A stretch of DNA of 64,000 bases from Candidatus Zymogenaceae bacterium (lineage in GTDB: Bacteria > Desulfobacterota > Zymogenia > Zymogenales > Zymogenaceae), in NCBI GenBank assembly GCA_016933535.1, contig JAFGAS010000072.1, forward strand, positions 1,410 through 65,409, written 5' to 3'. Shown here one piece after another: positions 38,831 through 48,518 of the stretch. Each line of letters opens with the position of its first letter. Position 1 is the stretch's first letter. A program made the translations under genes and the position numbers. Under the pieces are notes generated by a model that saw nothing but the letters and a program-made list of their open reading frames with translations, had not been told where the DNA came from and searched no databases.

Positions 38831-39541
38831 ATGCCCTGTCCACCCGATGTCCATAATGACGACACCCGGATAACGGCCGCCGGCGATCGAAACGAATCCC
38901 GCCGCCTCATGGAGATTTACGACCGCCTCCTGGGGTGTTTCGGCCCCCAGCACTGGTGGCCGGCCGATACCCCCTTCGAGGTGGCGGTGGGGGCCATCCT
39001 CACCCAGAACACCAACTGGAAAAACGTCGAGCGGGCCGTTACCAACCTCAAGCGAGCGGACGCGCTTACGGTCGAGGGAATTGACGGTCTTGCCGAAACG
39101 GAGCTTGCCGAATTGATCCGGCCTTCCGGCTATTTTACCGTCAAGGCGCGCCGCCTGAAAAACTTTATCGGATATATCACCGAAAAATACCGGGGAGACT
39201 TCCTCGCTTCGCTTGACGGCGACGGCACCCACAAGCGCGCGGAGCTGCTCTCGGTATCCGGCATCGGTCCCGAGACCGCCGACAGTATCCTGCTGTATGC
39301 CGGCGGCCACCCGACGTTCGTTGTTGACGCTTATACGAGGCGGGTCATGGCCCGGCACGGCTTGGTATCGGAAGGTGCCGGCTACGACGAACTGCGCTCC
39401 CTTTTTCTGGATAATCTGCCCGCGGACGCGGCCCTCTTCAACGAATATCATACGCTGTTTGTCGCCGTAGGAAAGGATTATTGCAGGCCGAAAAACCCGC
39501 GGTGTGAGGAGTGTCCTCTTACAAAAGACCCTGCGATCTGA
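38831..39541 (+). CDS. endonuclease III-related HhH-GPD DNA glycosylase
   Basis: HhH-GPD motif LLSVSGIGPETADSILLYAGGHPTFVVDAYTRRV. The C-terminus has only a 3-Cys CX6CX2C cluster. Confidence 0.8.
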   Translation: MPCPPDVHNDDTRITAAGDRNESRRLMEIYDRLLGCFGPQHWWPADTPFEVAVGAILTQNTNWKNVERAVTNLKRADALTVEGIDGLAETELAELIRPSGYFTVKARRLKNFIGYITEKYRGDFLASLDGDGTHKRAELLSVSGIGPETADSILLYAGGHPTFVVDAYTRRVMARHGLVSEGAGYDELRSLFLDNLPADAALFNEYHTLFVAVGKDYCRPKNPRCEECPLTKDPAI

Positions 39542-39547
39542 TTCGAT

Positions 39548-40438
39548 ATGAAACAAGAGACCTCATCGACCGTCCAAAAAGACCGAAGTGTATCCCAAGA
39601 CCGATATATTTCTCCCGACGATAGAGCCGCATTTCGCAAAGTCGTCATCACTCACTACCGTAAGCACGGCCGGGACCTCCCGTGGCGGCAGACGGACGAC
39701 CCCTACAAGATACTCGTCTCCGAGCTCATGCTCCAGCAAACGCAGGTGGGCCGGGTTATCGAAAAATTCACACCCTTCATCGAGCGGTTTGCCGATTTTG
39801 CCGCTCTTGCCGCCGCCCCCTTGATCGAGGTGCTCTCTCATTGGAAAGGACTGGGCTACAACCGGCGGGCGCTCTATTTGAAGGAGACCGCCCGCGTCGT
39901 TGTCGAGCGGCACGGGGGCCGATTGCCCCAATCGACCGATGAGCTTGTTAAACTGCCCGGTATTGGGAAAAACACGGCCGGTGCGATCGTCGCCTTTGCC
40001 TTTAACGGACCGGCCGTCTTTATCGAGACCAACATCCGTTCGGTCTTCATCCACCACTTCTTCCCCGACAGGGTCGAAATCCCCGATATCGAGATCCTCC
40101 CGCTGGTCGAGGCGACGCTCGATCGAAAAAACCCGCGCCGGTGGTACGGGGCCTTGATGGACTACGGCTCAACGTTGAAGGAAAGGATTGAAAACCCGGG
40201 CCGCAGGAGTACCCGCTATGCGAAGCAGTCCCCGTTTATCGGTTCCGACCGCCAGATACGGGGGGCAATTCTCGGCCTCCTGGTCTCCCCGAGCCGTCGG
40301 CGGGCCTTCGATGGGATGACCGTACCCGAGATTACTGCCTTCCTTCCTATGGAACCGGAGCGGGTCGAAGACAACCTCTCCCGATTGATCGAGGAAGGAT
40401 TCATCATCAGGCAGCGCGGCCGCTGCCGGATCGCCTGA
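39548..40438 (+). CDS. MutY-like A/G-specific adenine glycosylase family protein (HhH-GPD), apparently lacking the 4Fe-4S Cys cluster
   Basis: DLPWRQTDDPYKILVSELMLQQTQVGRVIEKF...LPGIGKNTAGAIVAFAFNGP is strongly MutY/Nth-like. No CX6CX2CX5C motif is present. Confidence 0.7.
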   Translation: MKQETSSTVQKDRSVSQDRYISPDDRAAFRKVVITHYRKHGRDLPWRQTDDPYKILVSELMLQQTQVGRVIEKFTPFIERFADFAALAAAPLIEVLSHWKGLGYNRRALYLKETARVVVERHGGRLPQSTDELVKLPGIGKNTAGAIVAFAFNGPAVFIETNIRSVFIHHFFPDRVEIPDIEILPLVEATLDRKNPRRWYGALMDYGSTLKERIENPGRRSTRYAKQSPFIGSDRQIRGAILGLLVSPSRRRAFDGMTVPEITAFLPMEPERVEDNLSRLIEEGFIIRQRGRCRIA

Positions 40439-40565
40439 ACGCAGATAATCGTGATCGGAAATTGATCCGATCGCATTTCCGCCCACCGGCACAGAAACTT
40501 CCGGTTGAAAAACGGCGGGTTTCATGCTACCATCGGGCAATTCTGTTCAATAGGTAGGGAGAACT

Positions 40566-41723
40566 ATGTCAAAGAGAATCATCATGACGACTTTGAAGAT
40601 TATCGTTATCCTGCTTATCATCGCAATCCTCATTCCGGCGCTTTTTGTCGCCGTCTCGGTTATCAGGCCGAACCGGTCGATGATCGCAGACGAGCTCGGC
40701 CTGGAGGTATGGCCCGCCGTTGCCGACGGCAGACACAACTCCAACACCGACCTTGTTTTCTTCAAGGACACCTTCTGGCTCATCCACGCATCGGCCCCGT
40801 GGCATTTCGCCTCGGAGACGACCCGGCTTATCCTCTGCAGATCAACGGACGCCAGGACTTGGGAGAAGGTTGCCGAGTTCCAGAACCCCGGTGAGGATAT
40901 TCGCGATCCGAAGTTCGCGATCATCGGGGGCCGCCTCATCCTCTACGCCCTCAAGAACACCTCTTTTGCGGCAGAACCCTACCTGACGGTGGCCGCCACG
41001 AGTGACGACGGCGTTGTGTGGACGGAGTTCGTCGACATGAAACCGGACGGCTGGCTATTCTGGCGTCCGCGGTCGTCAGACGGCGGCAAGACCTGGTACG
41101 TACCCGCCTACTGGCACGAGCACGGCAAGTCGGCCCTACTCAAATCCACGGACGGGCTTAACTGGGAGATCAACTCTATCATCTACTCCGGGGATTCAAT
41201 CGACGAGACCGCAGCCCTATTCCTGCCCGATGGAAGGATGCTCATAACGGGCCGGTTGGAGGTAGCGGGTTACTACTTCGGCGACAACCGGGGCAACACA
41301 CTGATCGCAACGTCGGAGCCCCCCTTTATGACCTGGAGCTACCAACACAGCAATGTCACAAGGCTGGACGGCCCCACCCTCTTTTCCTATAACGGCCGCG
41401 TCTACGCCGTGGGGCGGTTCGAGCCCGGCAAAAAGCCGTTCCTCTTCGAAACGGGAAGCATCCTGGCAAAAAAACGCACGTCGCTTTTCCTGGTTGAGGA
41501 AGACCGGCTCGTCTGGCTCTCGGACCTGCCGAGCGCCGGCGATACGTCGTACTCGGGCGTGGTGATCCGGGGCGATGAGGCGTACATCTCCTACTACACG
41601 AGCAGCATAAAGCGGGACTACCCCTGGATCATCGGGATGCTCTCGAAATCAGACATCATGATGGCCAAGGTGGACCTGGTGAAGATCGAGGCCCTGGCGA
41701 TCGCCAGGACGGCCTGTCAGTAA
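40566..41723 (+). CDS. BNR/Asp-box repeat (sialidase-like beta-propeller) protein with an N-terminal membrane anchor
   Basis: Asp-box repeats STDARTWE, SSDGGKTWY and STDGLNWE. N-terminal TM helix. Confidence 0.65.
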   Translation: MSKRIIMTTLKIIVILLIIAILIPALFVAVSVIRPNRSMIADELGLEVWPAVADGRHNSNTDLVFFKDTFWLIHASAPWHFASETTRLILCRSTDARTWEKVAEFQNPGEDIRDPKFAIIGGRLILYALKNTSFAAEPYLTVAATSDDGVVWTEFVDMKPDGWLFWRPRSSDGGKTWYVPAYWHEHGKSALLKSTDGLNWEINSIIYSGDSIDETAALFLPDGRMLITGRLEVAGYYFGDNRGNTLIATSEPPFMTWSYQHSNVTRLDGPTLFSYNGRVYAVGRFEPGKKPFLFETGSILAKKRTSLFLVEEDRLVWLSDLPSAGDTSYSGVVIRGDEAYISYYTSSIKRDYPWIIGMLSKSDIMMAKVDLVKIEALAIARTACQ

Positions 41724-41736
41724 TATCCATAAAACA

Positions 41737-41762
41737 GGGGGGCACCCGTAAGGGTGTCCCCC
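41737..41762. terminator. bidirectional hairpin terminator between convergent genes
   Basis: GGGGGGCACCC-GTAA-GGGTGTCCCCC stem-loop between the plus-strand gene ending at 41723 and the minus-strand gene ending at 41824. Confidence 0.5.
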
Positions 41763-41823
41763 GTTAGTCTCCTGTCCTGTGCCGGTTCGTCCGGCAGTTT
41801 TTTCCTTTATGCCGCCCGCCCGT

Positions 41824-43248
41824 TCATTTCAGCAGCTCCCCGAGAATGCCGTCAAGGTGTTCGATCGTCTCCCGTACGTCCTCACGGGTCGTATCCGGGT
41901 TGATCGTGCACATCCTGAGAACCGTCCTGCCCAAAAGCACCGTTGAGCTGAGAAAGGCAAACCCGTCGTTGATCAGCCGTTCCACCACGGCCCGGTGCAG
42001 CTCATCGATCTCGTCGGGCGGCAGTCCTTCCACGTCGGCCCGAAACGTCACAATGCCCAGCTGGGCCGGCGTCACCACCGTCCATTTTGAGGACCCGGCT
42101 ATGATCCGTTCGGCGGTCTCGGCGTTTTCGATGCCCGCCGAAACCGCCTCCCGAATGGCGTTCAGTCCGAAAATCTTGAGGGTCATCCATAGTTTCAGGG
42201 CGCGAAACCCCCGGGTCAGCTGGATGCCGTAGTCGCAAAAATTATATGCCTCCTTGACCCGTTCGGTGTCCTTGAGGTATTCCGGCATGATATGGAAGGT
42301 CTCTTTGAGGAGGCTGCCTTCCCGCACGATGACGCAGCCGATCTCAAACGGGCAGAAGAGCCACTTATGGGGATCAATGGCCAGAGAATCGCAGGTCGAG
42401 AGTCCCTCAAGGAGCGCTTTACCCTTCTTGGAAAGGACGGCCGCCGCCCCGTAGGCCCCGTCCACGTGTAACCACATCCCCTCCTCTCGGGTGATCGCCG
42501 AAAGCTCCCGCAAAGGGTCCACCGCGCCGGTGTTGGTGGTCCCCGCGTTGGCAACGACGCAAAACGGCCTTTTTCCGTTCTTCCTGTCGCGCTCGATCTC
42601 CTCCGACAAACGCCCCGTGATGATCCGGAAGCGTCCGTCGGTGGGGATCTTCCTCATCTGGGCCGACACAAATCCCAGGACACGAAGCGCCCGTTCCACC
42701 GACGAATGGGTCTGGTCGGACAAATAGACGACCCCGTCATGGAAGTCGTCTCCGAGCAGCTCGTGTCGCGCCACCGTCAGTGCCGTCAGGTTGGCGGCCG
42801 ATCCGCCGCTGACGAAAAGCCCCGCCGCACCCTCGGGCATCCCGCAGATTTCCCGAAGCCAGTCTATGGTAATAAGCTCGATCTCGGCGGCGGCCGGACC
42901 CTCCAGCCAGGTGCTGGCAAAGACGTTGAATCCTGAGGCCAGGGCGTCGGCCATCGCCCCGACGAAACCGCCGGGGCCGGGGACAAAGGCAAAAAAGCGG
43001 GGGTGGTCCAGGTGCATGATCTCGGTAAGTACCCGTTGTTCGACGAAGTCCAGCACCTCGTTCGGGTTCATCCCCGTTTCGGGCAGCGGTTCCCGGACGA
43101 TCCGATCGAGCTCGGCCCGCGTCCCCTTTCCGGAAACGGCCTTCTGCCTCAGGCTTGTCAGGTGGTCGACGATGATATCCACGGTCCGATAGCCAAGGCT
43201 TTTCATCTGTTCGGGCGAGAGCGAAAGGGGTGATTTGTCCCGGATCAT
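41824..43248 (-). CDS. PLP-dependent amino-acid decarboxylase (group II, aromatic-L-amino-acid/glutamate decarboxylase-like)
   Basis: PLP-lysine region DPHKWLFCPFEIGCVIV and SDQTHSSVERAL. The start was moved to the ATG at 43248 (MIRDKSPLSL); the 5' extension of the track ORF is Arg/Pro-rich junk. Confidence 0.8.
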   Translation of the reverse strand: MIRDKSPLSLSPEQMKSLGYRTVDIIVDHLTSLRQKAVSGKGTRAELDRIVREPLPETGMNPNEVLDFVEQRVLTEIMHLDHPRFFAFVPGPGGFVGAMADALASGFNVFASTWLEGPAAAEIELITIDWLREICGMPEGAAGLFVSGGSAANLTALTVARHELLGDDFHDGVVYLSDQTHSSVERALRVLGFVSAQMRKIPTDGRFRIITGRLSEEIERDRKNGKRPFCVVANAGTTNTGAVDPLRELSAITREEGMWLHVDGAYGAAAVLSKKGKALLEGLSTCDSLAIDPHKWLFCPFEIGCVIVREGSLLKETFHIMPEYLKDTERVKEAYNFCDYGIQLTRGFRALKLWMTLKIFGLNAIREAVSAGIENAETAERIIAGSSKWTVVTPAQLGIVTFRADVEGLPPDEIDELHRAVVERLINDGFAFLSSTVLLGRTVLRMCTINPDTTREDVRETIEHLDGILGELLK

Positions 43249-43540
43249 GGCGGGCCTCCCGGCAGGAAGTGAGACCAAAAAGAAAAACTGGGCCGACCGA
43301 GAAAAACTCGACCGGGGCAATAGGGCCCGGCCCGCGGAAGGCGCAAATACCCCCCGCCAAAAGAAGGACCGGCGCTCGCCTCGATCTCTCACCTTAAGGC
43401 GGGGTGGGCCATTGGCTTGTCCCGGGGTCCCGGAGTGCGTCTGTTTTCGGCACGACAACCGACCATCCTTGTTTAAGGATACAGTTACCCGTGGAAAATC
43501 GGAAAGCGACGCGTCATATTTACTCCTTTATCAACAAATG

Positions 43541-43576
43541 TGAGGCGCTGTCAAGAACATTCTTGACAGCGCCTCA
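43541..43576. promoter_or_regulatory. perfect 17-bp inverted repeat TGAGGCGCTGTCAAGAA-CA-TTCTTGACAGCGCCTCA
   Basis: Read directly from the sequence. It lies between the hydrolase stop (43654) and the decarboxylase start (43248) and contains TTGACA on both strands. Confidence 0.5.
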
Positions 43577-43653
43577 ATCATTATTCTCCCACGGCGATAA
43601 TAATTCGTGCCGCTCCGACCCGTATAACCGCCGTTTATACTCGTATCGAACGG

Positions 43654-44847
43654 TCACTCGGAAGAAGAAGACGATCGCTCCCTTTTACCGTTTCTGATCT
43701 CATCCATCCAGGAAACGATGCATGACAGCGCCAGCTCGATGTTTCCGACCTGACAGTGACTCTGGGCGGACTCGGCCTCGGTAAAGAGCCGGCACGTCAA
43801 CGACCGCACGTTCGTGAGGGCCCGCGCCTGTTTGAAGAACATTTCGAGGGGTATGAAATGGTCGCGGGTTCCCGCCATCAGGAGAAAATCCTGCGTAACG
43901 CGCCGCGAAAAAGCGCGGGTATTGTATCTCATGACCTCCCGGAAGTATCGGTAAGGCGTTCGGACGCCATAGACGTGCATCCCCTGATTGACCCCCCACG
44001 AGACAAACGGGTCACGCCTCATTCGCGCGCGCACGACCGCGTTGATGAGGGGGGCGGCACGCAGAGCCACCAGTATCCTGATAACTGCCTCAAACGCCGG
44101 TCCCCGCACTGAGGCGATACACCCGAAAAAGTCGTAGATCACGTCATAGGCGACCACCCGTTTTATCCGCTTGTCGAAAGCGGCCGCCCGCGGCGCTAGG
44201 TAGCCGCCGAGGGAAATACCCATGAGTGTTACGTCGCTCAGACCATAATGATCCAGAACGGCCCCGACCGGTCTTTCCCACTCGGGGGTCATGACCAGCC
44301 CGTAGTTCCTCAAACACGCTCCCTGGCCCGGCCCTTCAAATGCAATCACCTCATAGCCGTGTTCACGAAAGTAGTTCATCAGCGGGTAGAGCTCTTCAAT
44401 AAATGAGTCGAATCCGCCATGGGCGACGAGAACTCCCTTCTTTTTTCCGTTAATCACCGGAAGCCTCATCACCGGGAGATACCCGCTTTCATACCGCACT
44501 TTATCCCGGATAATCTCGCCCCGGGAATATTCCGATGCGAGATTTTTGTGAAAGAGATCAACGAACTTCTCATAGACCTTCTGTTTGTCGGTATCCCCGA
44601 CGGACATGAAGAACTCCGCGAGCCGAAGGTAGACCGCCGCGTCGCCCCTTCTTCCGTCACGCTCGGCCGTCTCGGCAAGCGAGAGAAATTCACGTTTCCA
44701 ATCGGAGAGGCCCCTGATCCGATTGGCGGCCGATCTGATCTCATCGATTTTCCCTCCTCCGAAGGAAAGAGGCCTGTTGAGCTGAAAGTTCATGTTGACT
44801 TCATCGTGAAAATGATGGTATCCGACAGCGGGTGTAAACTGTGCCAT
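43654..44847 (-). CDS. alpha/beta hydrolase fold protein
   Basis: Nucleophile elbow GISLGG and the VLVAHGGFDSFIEE pattern of an alpha/beta hydrolase, 397 aa. Confidence 0.7.
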   Translation of the reverse strand: MAQFTPAVGYHHFHDEVNMNFQLNRPLSFGGGKIDEIRSAANRIRGLSDWKREFLSLAETAERDGRRGDAAVYLRLAEFFMSVGDTDKQKVYEKFVDLFHKNLASEYSRGEIIRDKVRYESGYLPVMRLPVINGKKKGVLVAHGGFDSFIEELYPLMNYFREHGYEVIAFEGPGQGACLRNYGLVMTPEWERPVGAVLDHYGLSDVTLMGISLGGYLAPRAAAFDKRIKRVVAYDVIYDFFGCIASVRGPAFEAVIRILVALRAAPLINAVVRARMRRDPFVSWGVNQGMHVYGVRTPYRYFREVMRYNTRAFSRRVTQDFLLMAGTRDHFIPLEMFFKQARALTNVRSLTCRLFTEAESAQSHCQVGNIELALSCIVSWMDEIRNGKRERSSSSSE

Positions 44848-45091
44848 AATCTCCTCCTATTTACGTACGAGTCTGGCTTGTTGCGTCTTTATCCGTATAT
44901 CGATACGCCGTATGTACCGATTTAAGGACGCGCATACATGAACAGTGTTCATATATACTTTTATATCCGAATTCGTTTTATGTCAAGGAAATTATGAACG
45001 GCGTTCGCATTCTTTCTTGTAATTCCCTGCGAATTACCCTACAATATGTATCCGTATAACTATTGCGTGACCACTGGAGGATTGTACCCGG

Positions 45092-45736
45092 ATGGGCTCG
45101 AACGGCGATCTCTCAATAAAAAACAAAACCGCTATCAGGACACCGGTGCAGACAAGAGCGCAGGAAAAGCGCCAACGGATACTCCGCGCCGCTTATACGC
45201 TCTTCTCCGAACAAGGGTTCGAGGCAGTCGGGATGCGGAATATCGCGGCGGCAGCCGGCGTCTCAATCGGGACCGTGTACGCTTACTTTACCGACAAGAA
45301 AACGACCTTTATCGAGGTATTCGCCCTCTATTCCGAAGAGCTCAAAAACGGCATCTTCAAACATATTGATGAGGGTCTAACCGAGCATCGGGATATCGAA
45401 GAATTCGCCTACGATCTTATCCGGCGGCTTTTCGACATATTTCGTAACCGGCTGAAGCTCCATCGGGATGTCATACTCTTGTCCCTCGTGGACGATCAGG
45501 CTCGATCGGTCTATATCGCTCTGGAGCGGCAGGGCGAGGCGGCCGTCGTGGGCGTGTTCTTCGATCGATTTCGGGATAGGATTGACGTCGCGGATGCCCA
45601 GGCGGCGCAATTTATAGTCCACAAGGCGATCGATGAGATCATCCAGTACCTCTTGTTTTATGAGGTTCCGGTCGATCGCGATCGCGTCTTTCGGGAAACG
45701 GCGCGTATGATTGCACGCTATCTGGAGAAACGGTGA
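45092..45736 (+). CDS. TetR/AcrR family transcriptional regulator
   Basis: HTH RILRAAYTLFSEQGFEAVGMRNIAAAAGVSIGTVYAYFTDKKTTF. Confidence 0.85.
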   Translation: MGSNGDLSIKNKTAIRTPVQTRAQEKRQRILRAAYTLFSEQGFEAVGMRNIAAAAGVSIGTVYAYFTDKKTTFIEVFALYSEELKNGIFKHIDEGLTEHRDIEEFAYDLIRRLFDIFRNRLKLHRDVILLSLVDDQARSVYIALERQGEAAVVGVFFDRFRDRIDVADAQAAQFIVHKAIDEIIQYLLFYEVPVDRDRVFRETARMIARYLEKR

Positions 45737-45867
45737 GCCGCCGGTCAGAGGATTAGGCGGGCTGAGCAAAAACCATATCCGCTGCCTGACGTTTCCGGGA
45801 GTGTTATATGGGCTTGGCGCGTCCTCCATCAAACAAGCCTGCTGACCAGCAGGACCGCCGAACCCGG

Positions 45868-46273
45868 TCAGAGGACCGAAAACTCGCTCGTGAGAGTGAT
45901 CGCCCGGGGGGCCAGATCCCGGTGGACCCTCTCGAACCCAAGCCCCTCGAAAAAGGGGGCGGCGGTCGTGGTCAACAGGTAGAGGTCCTTTACGCCCGAT
46001 TTTCGGGCATGGTGCATAAGCCCCCGTGCAACGGCCCGGCCGTATCCCCTGTCTTGCTCCTCCGGCATTATCGCCAGCGACCTCAAAAGCCCGTATTCCC
46101 CCAGGATTTCAACCCCCCCCTATCCCGATGACCGTTCCATCGGACCGGGCCAGGAAAAGCGAACCCCTCTTGTCGGGAATATCGGAAAAGGGAAGTCCGT
46201 TTTCCTTGAGCAGCTCCACGATAAACGGGATATCTTTATCTTTTGCCGCGGTAAGGACAATTTCTCGTTTCAT
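45868..46273 (-). pseudogene. GNAT family N-acetyltransferase interrupted by a +1 frameshift in a C8 (G8 on the coding strand) homopolymer
   Basis: The minus-strand ATG at 46271-46273 gives MKREIVLTAAKDKDIPFIVELLKENGLPFSDIPDKRGSLFLARSDGTVIGIGGG then a stop. Removing one G restores ...GVEILGEYGLLRSLAIMPEEQDRGYGRAVARGLMHHARKSGVKDLYLLTTTAAPFFEGLGFERV..., which joins the track ORF 45868..46086 and includes the GNAT motif A (RGYGRA). Confidence 0.65.
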
Positions 46274-46505
46274 AGTCTTCTCCGTTTCATTACCGGTTGC
46301 CGCTCTCCGTCGGGCGTTTGGTAACCCGTACAGTATATCACAGGTCCGTATAACACTTACGTCAAAAAGAAAAACACCTCATCGCCCGTGCATCTATCTT
46401 GTTGACAATTTCTCGGCGCTGGGCTATAGTTCAAAAACTTTCGCGTACGGCTGTGAAAGGGTTTGGCCGCGCCGGGAGCTAATTCATCTTAGGTTATAGG
46501 CTGTC

Positions 46506-47159
46506 ATGGAAAAGAAAAACGAAAAAAAAGAAGTAGACCTCTTCCTTTTTGACCTTGATGGGACTCTATCGGACTCCAAGAAGGATCTGGTGACGGCAAT
46601 CAACCAAACCCTTGTCTCCTTCGGCTTTCCGGAGCTTCCCGAAGATGACATCGTGACCCTCATCGGAAAAGGAGTATCCAAGCTCCTGTCCAATTTTACC
46701 GGCGACGGCTCCGCAAAGTTCGAGACTTTTCGAGTCTACCTGGAGCACCTCGACAAGCATCTTCTTGACACCACCAAGCCGTTTCCCGGTGTTGTGGAGA
46801 CTCTTTCGTCCATTACCAAGAAGAAGGCTATAGTGACCAACAAGCTCAAGTCCATGGCCGAGCGCGTCGTTATCGGGCTGGGCATTGCCGATAAGATTGA
46901 CTTGATCGTGGGGGCCGATACCGCCAAGAGCATGAAGCCGAATCCCGAACCGATCATCTTTGCCCTCGATCGGTTTGGTGTTGACCCTTCCCGGACCGTT
47001 ATGGTGGGTGATACTACCGACGACATTATGGCGGCAAAGGCGGCCGGTGTTATTGCCTGCGGCGTTACGTATGGATTCGGAACCAGGCAGGACCTGGTGG
47101 ACGCCGGAGCCGAGATTATCATCGAGAATATCGCCGACCTCCCCGCCTATTTTCAATAA
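46506..47159 (+). CDS. HAD-superfamily hydrolase (phosphoglycolate phosphatase-like)
   Basis: Motif I FLFDLDGTLSDS, motif II VTNK and motif III GDTTDD, 217 aa. Confidence 0.85.
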   Translation: MEKKNEKKEVDLFLFDLDGTLSDSKKDLVTAINQTLVSFGFPELPEDDIVTLIGKGVSKLLSNFTGDGSAKFETFRVYLEHLDKHLLDTTKPFPGVVETLSSITKKKAIVTNKLKSMAERVVIGLGIADKIDLIVGADTAKSMKPNPEPIIFALDRFGVDPSRTVMVGDTTDDIMAAKAAGVIACGVTYGFGTRQDLVDAGAEIIIENIADLPAYFQ

Positions 47160-47173
47160 CTCTTGATTTGTTT

Positions 47174-48508
47174 ATGTACCCGCGTTATACTTCTCCCATG
47201 AGGATTACTAACCAACGTTTCGCCGTGATCTGCGCCGCCGCGGCGGCGGCGGCCCTGTTGTTTCCCGGCTGCCCGCCGAAGACGGCCGTCCCCCCCGCGT
47301 CCCGCGACTTTGTCTCCACCAGGGACCTCGCCCCCCCGAAGGACGAAATCCCGAAGATCGACAACGTCATACCGAAACCGGCCCTCGGCCGCACGCGCAT
47401 CATGGGAATTCAGGTTCTCCTCTTCACGTCGAAAACTCAAGCGGGGCTCGACGATGAGATGAAACGGATTGCCGCAACCGGCGCCGATACCGTCATCGTC
47501 CGTGTCTTCAACAACAAGATTGACAACAAGGCAGATCGGTTTTACCCCTTCATCACTCCCCGGACGGACGCGGGAGTCTATTTCAATACCGATCATGCCC
47601 CCGTCGTTTCGGACGCCCTTTCCCCCATGATCGATGCCGCCCGAAAAAACGGCCTGAAATTCTGGGCATGGATGACCACCAGATATGCGGTTTGGGGAGA
47701 CGATCCCCGGCAACTACGCGCCTATGATTTCACAAGAAAGATGATTGTTCCCGCCTTCGGCAGGGATCTCTTCGACGACCGGAAGGTCGCGGACCTCGTC
47801 GGCCTCTATCAGGACCTTGCCGCCTACGATATCGACGGCATCCTCTTCCAGGACGATCTGATCCTCAAACATAATGAGGGCATGGGGGAAACCGCCGAGC
47901 GCCTCTTCGGCTCACCCATCCGCCCCGAGACCTTCTATAACAATCCCCATCTTTCCCCGGACGGATCCAAGTACTATGCCGAGAGCTATACCGACCGATT
48001 CCGGGAATGGTCCCGCTTCAAGGCTGCCCGGCTCTCGGCGGTGGCCGGAGAGATCATCAAGGGGTCACGCGCGGTACGCCCCGATCTGAAATTCGCCGTA
48101 AACCTCTACTACGAGGCGCTGTCCAGGCCCGAGAACGGCCTCGCGTGGTTCTCCCAGGATGTCGACGAGATTTTGAAGAGCGGCGTTGACTACGTATTCA
48201 TCATGGCCTACCATCGCCAGATGATGAAGGAGAAGGGGTTTACGGACCTCGGCGCCGCCGGAAAACTGCTGACCGAGATAACCTCCCGGGCAATCCCGGC
48301 TATAGGGGATCCCGCGCGGGTCGGTATAAAGCTTCAGGTAATGGACTGGGATACCGGCAGGCCCGTCGGCCCCGAAGAGCTGAGAGTGACCGCCTCGTAT
48401 CTGAAACAGATCGATTCGGTCAGCCTTGTCTTTGTTCCATACGTCGCCGACGCCCCCTTTACCGAGATGCGGGGTATCTTTAGGACGGCAATGGGAAAAG
48501 AGAATTAG
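47174..48508 (+). CDS. putative lipoprotein with a glycoside-hydrolase-like TIM-barrel domain (PgaB C-terminal / GHL-type)
   Basis: Signal peptide with an LLFPGC lipobox. DGILFQDDL and WAWMTTRY segments resemble GH-like lipoprotein families. The family assignment is tentative. Confidence 0.45.
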   Translation: MYPRYTSPMRITNQRFAVICAAAAAAALLFPGCPPKTAVPPASRDFVSTRDLAPPKDEIPKIDNVIPKPALGRTRIMGIQVLLFTSKTQAGLDDEMKRIAATGADTVIVRVFNNKIDNKADRFYPFITPRTDAGVYFNTDHAPVVSDALSPMIDAARKNGLKFWAWMTTRYAVWGDDPRQLRAYDFTRKMIVPAFGRDLFDDRKVADLVGLYQDLAAYDIDGILFQDDLILKHNEGMGETAERLFGSPIRPETFYNNPHLSPDGSKYYAESYTDRFREWSRFKAARLSAVAGEIIKGSRAVRPDLKFAVNLYYEALSRPENGLAWFSQDVDEILKSGVDYVFIMAYHRQMMKEKGFTDLGAAGKLLTEITSRAIPAIGDPARVGIKLQVMDWDTGRPVGPEELRVTASYLKQIDSVSLVFVPYVADAPFTEMRGIFRTAMGKEN

Positions 48509-48518
48509 GTGGTGTGCG

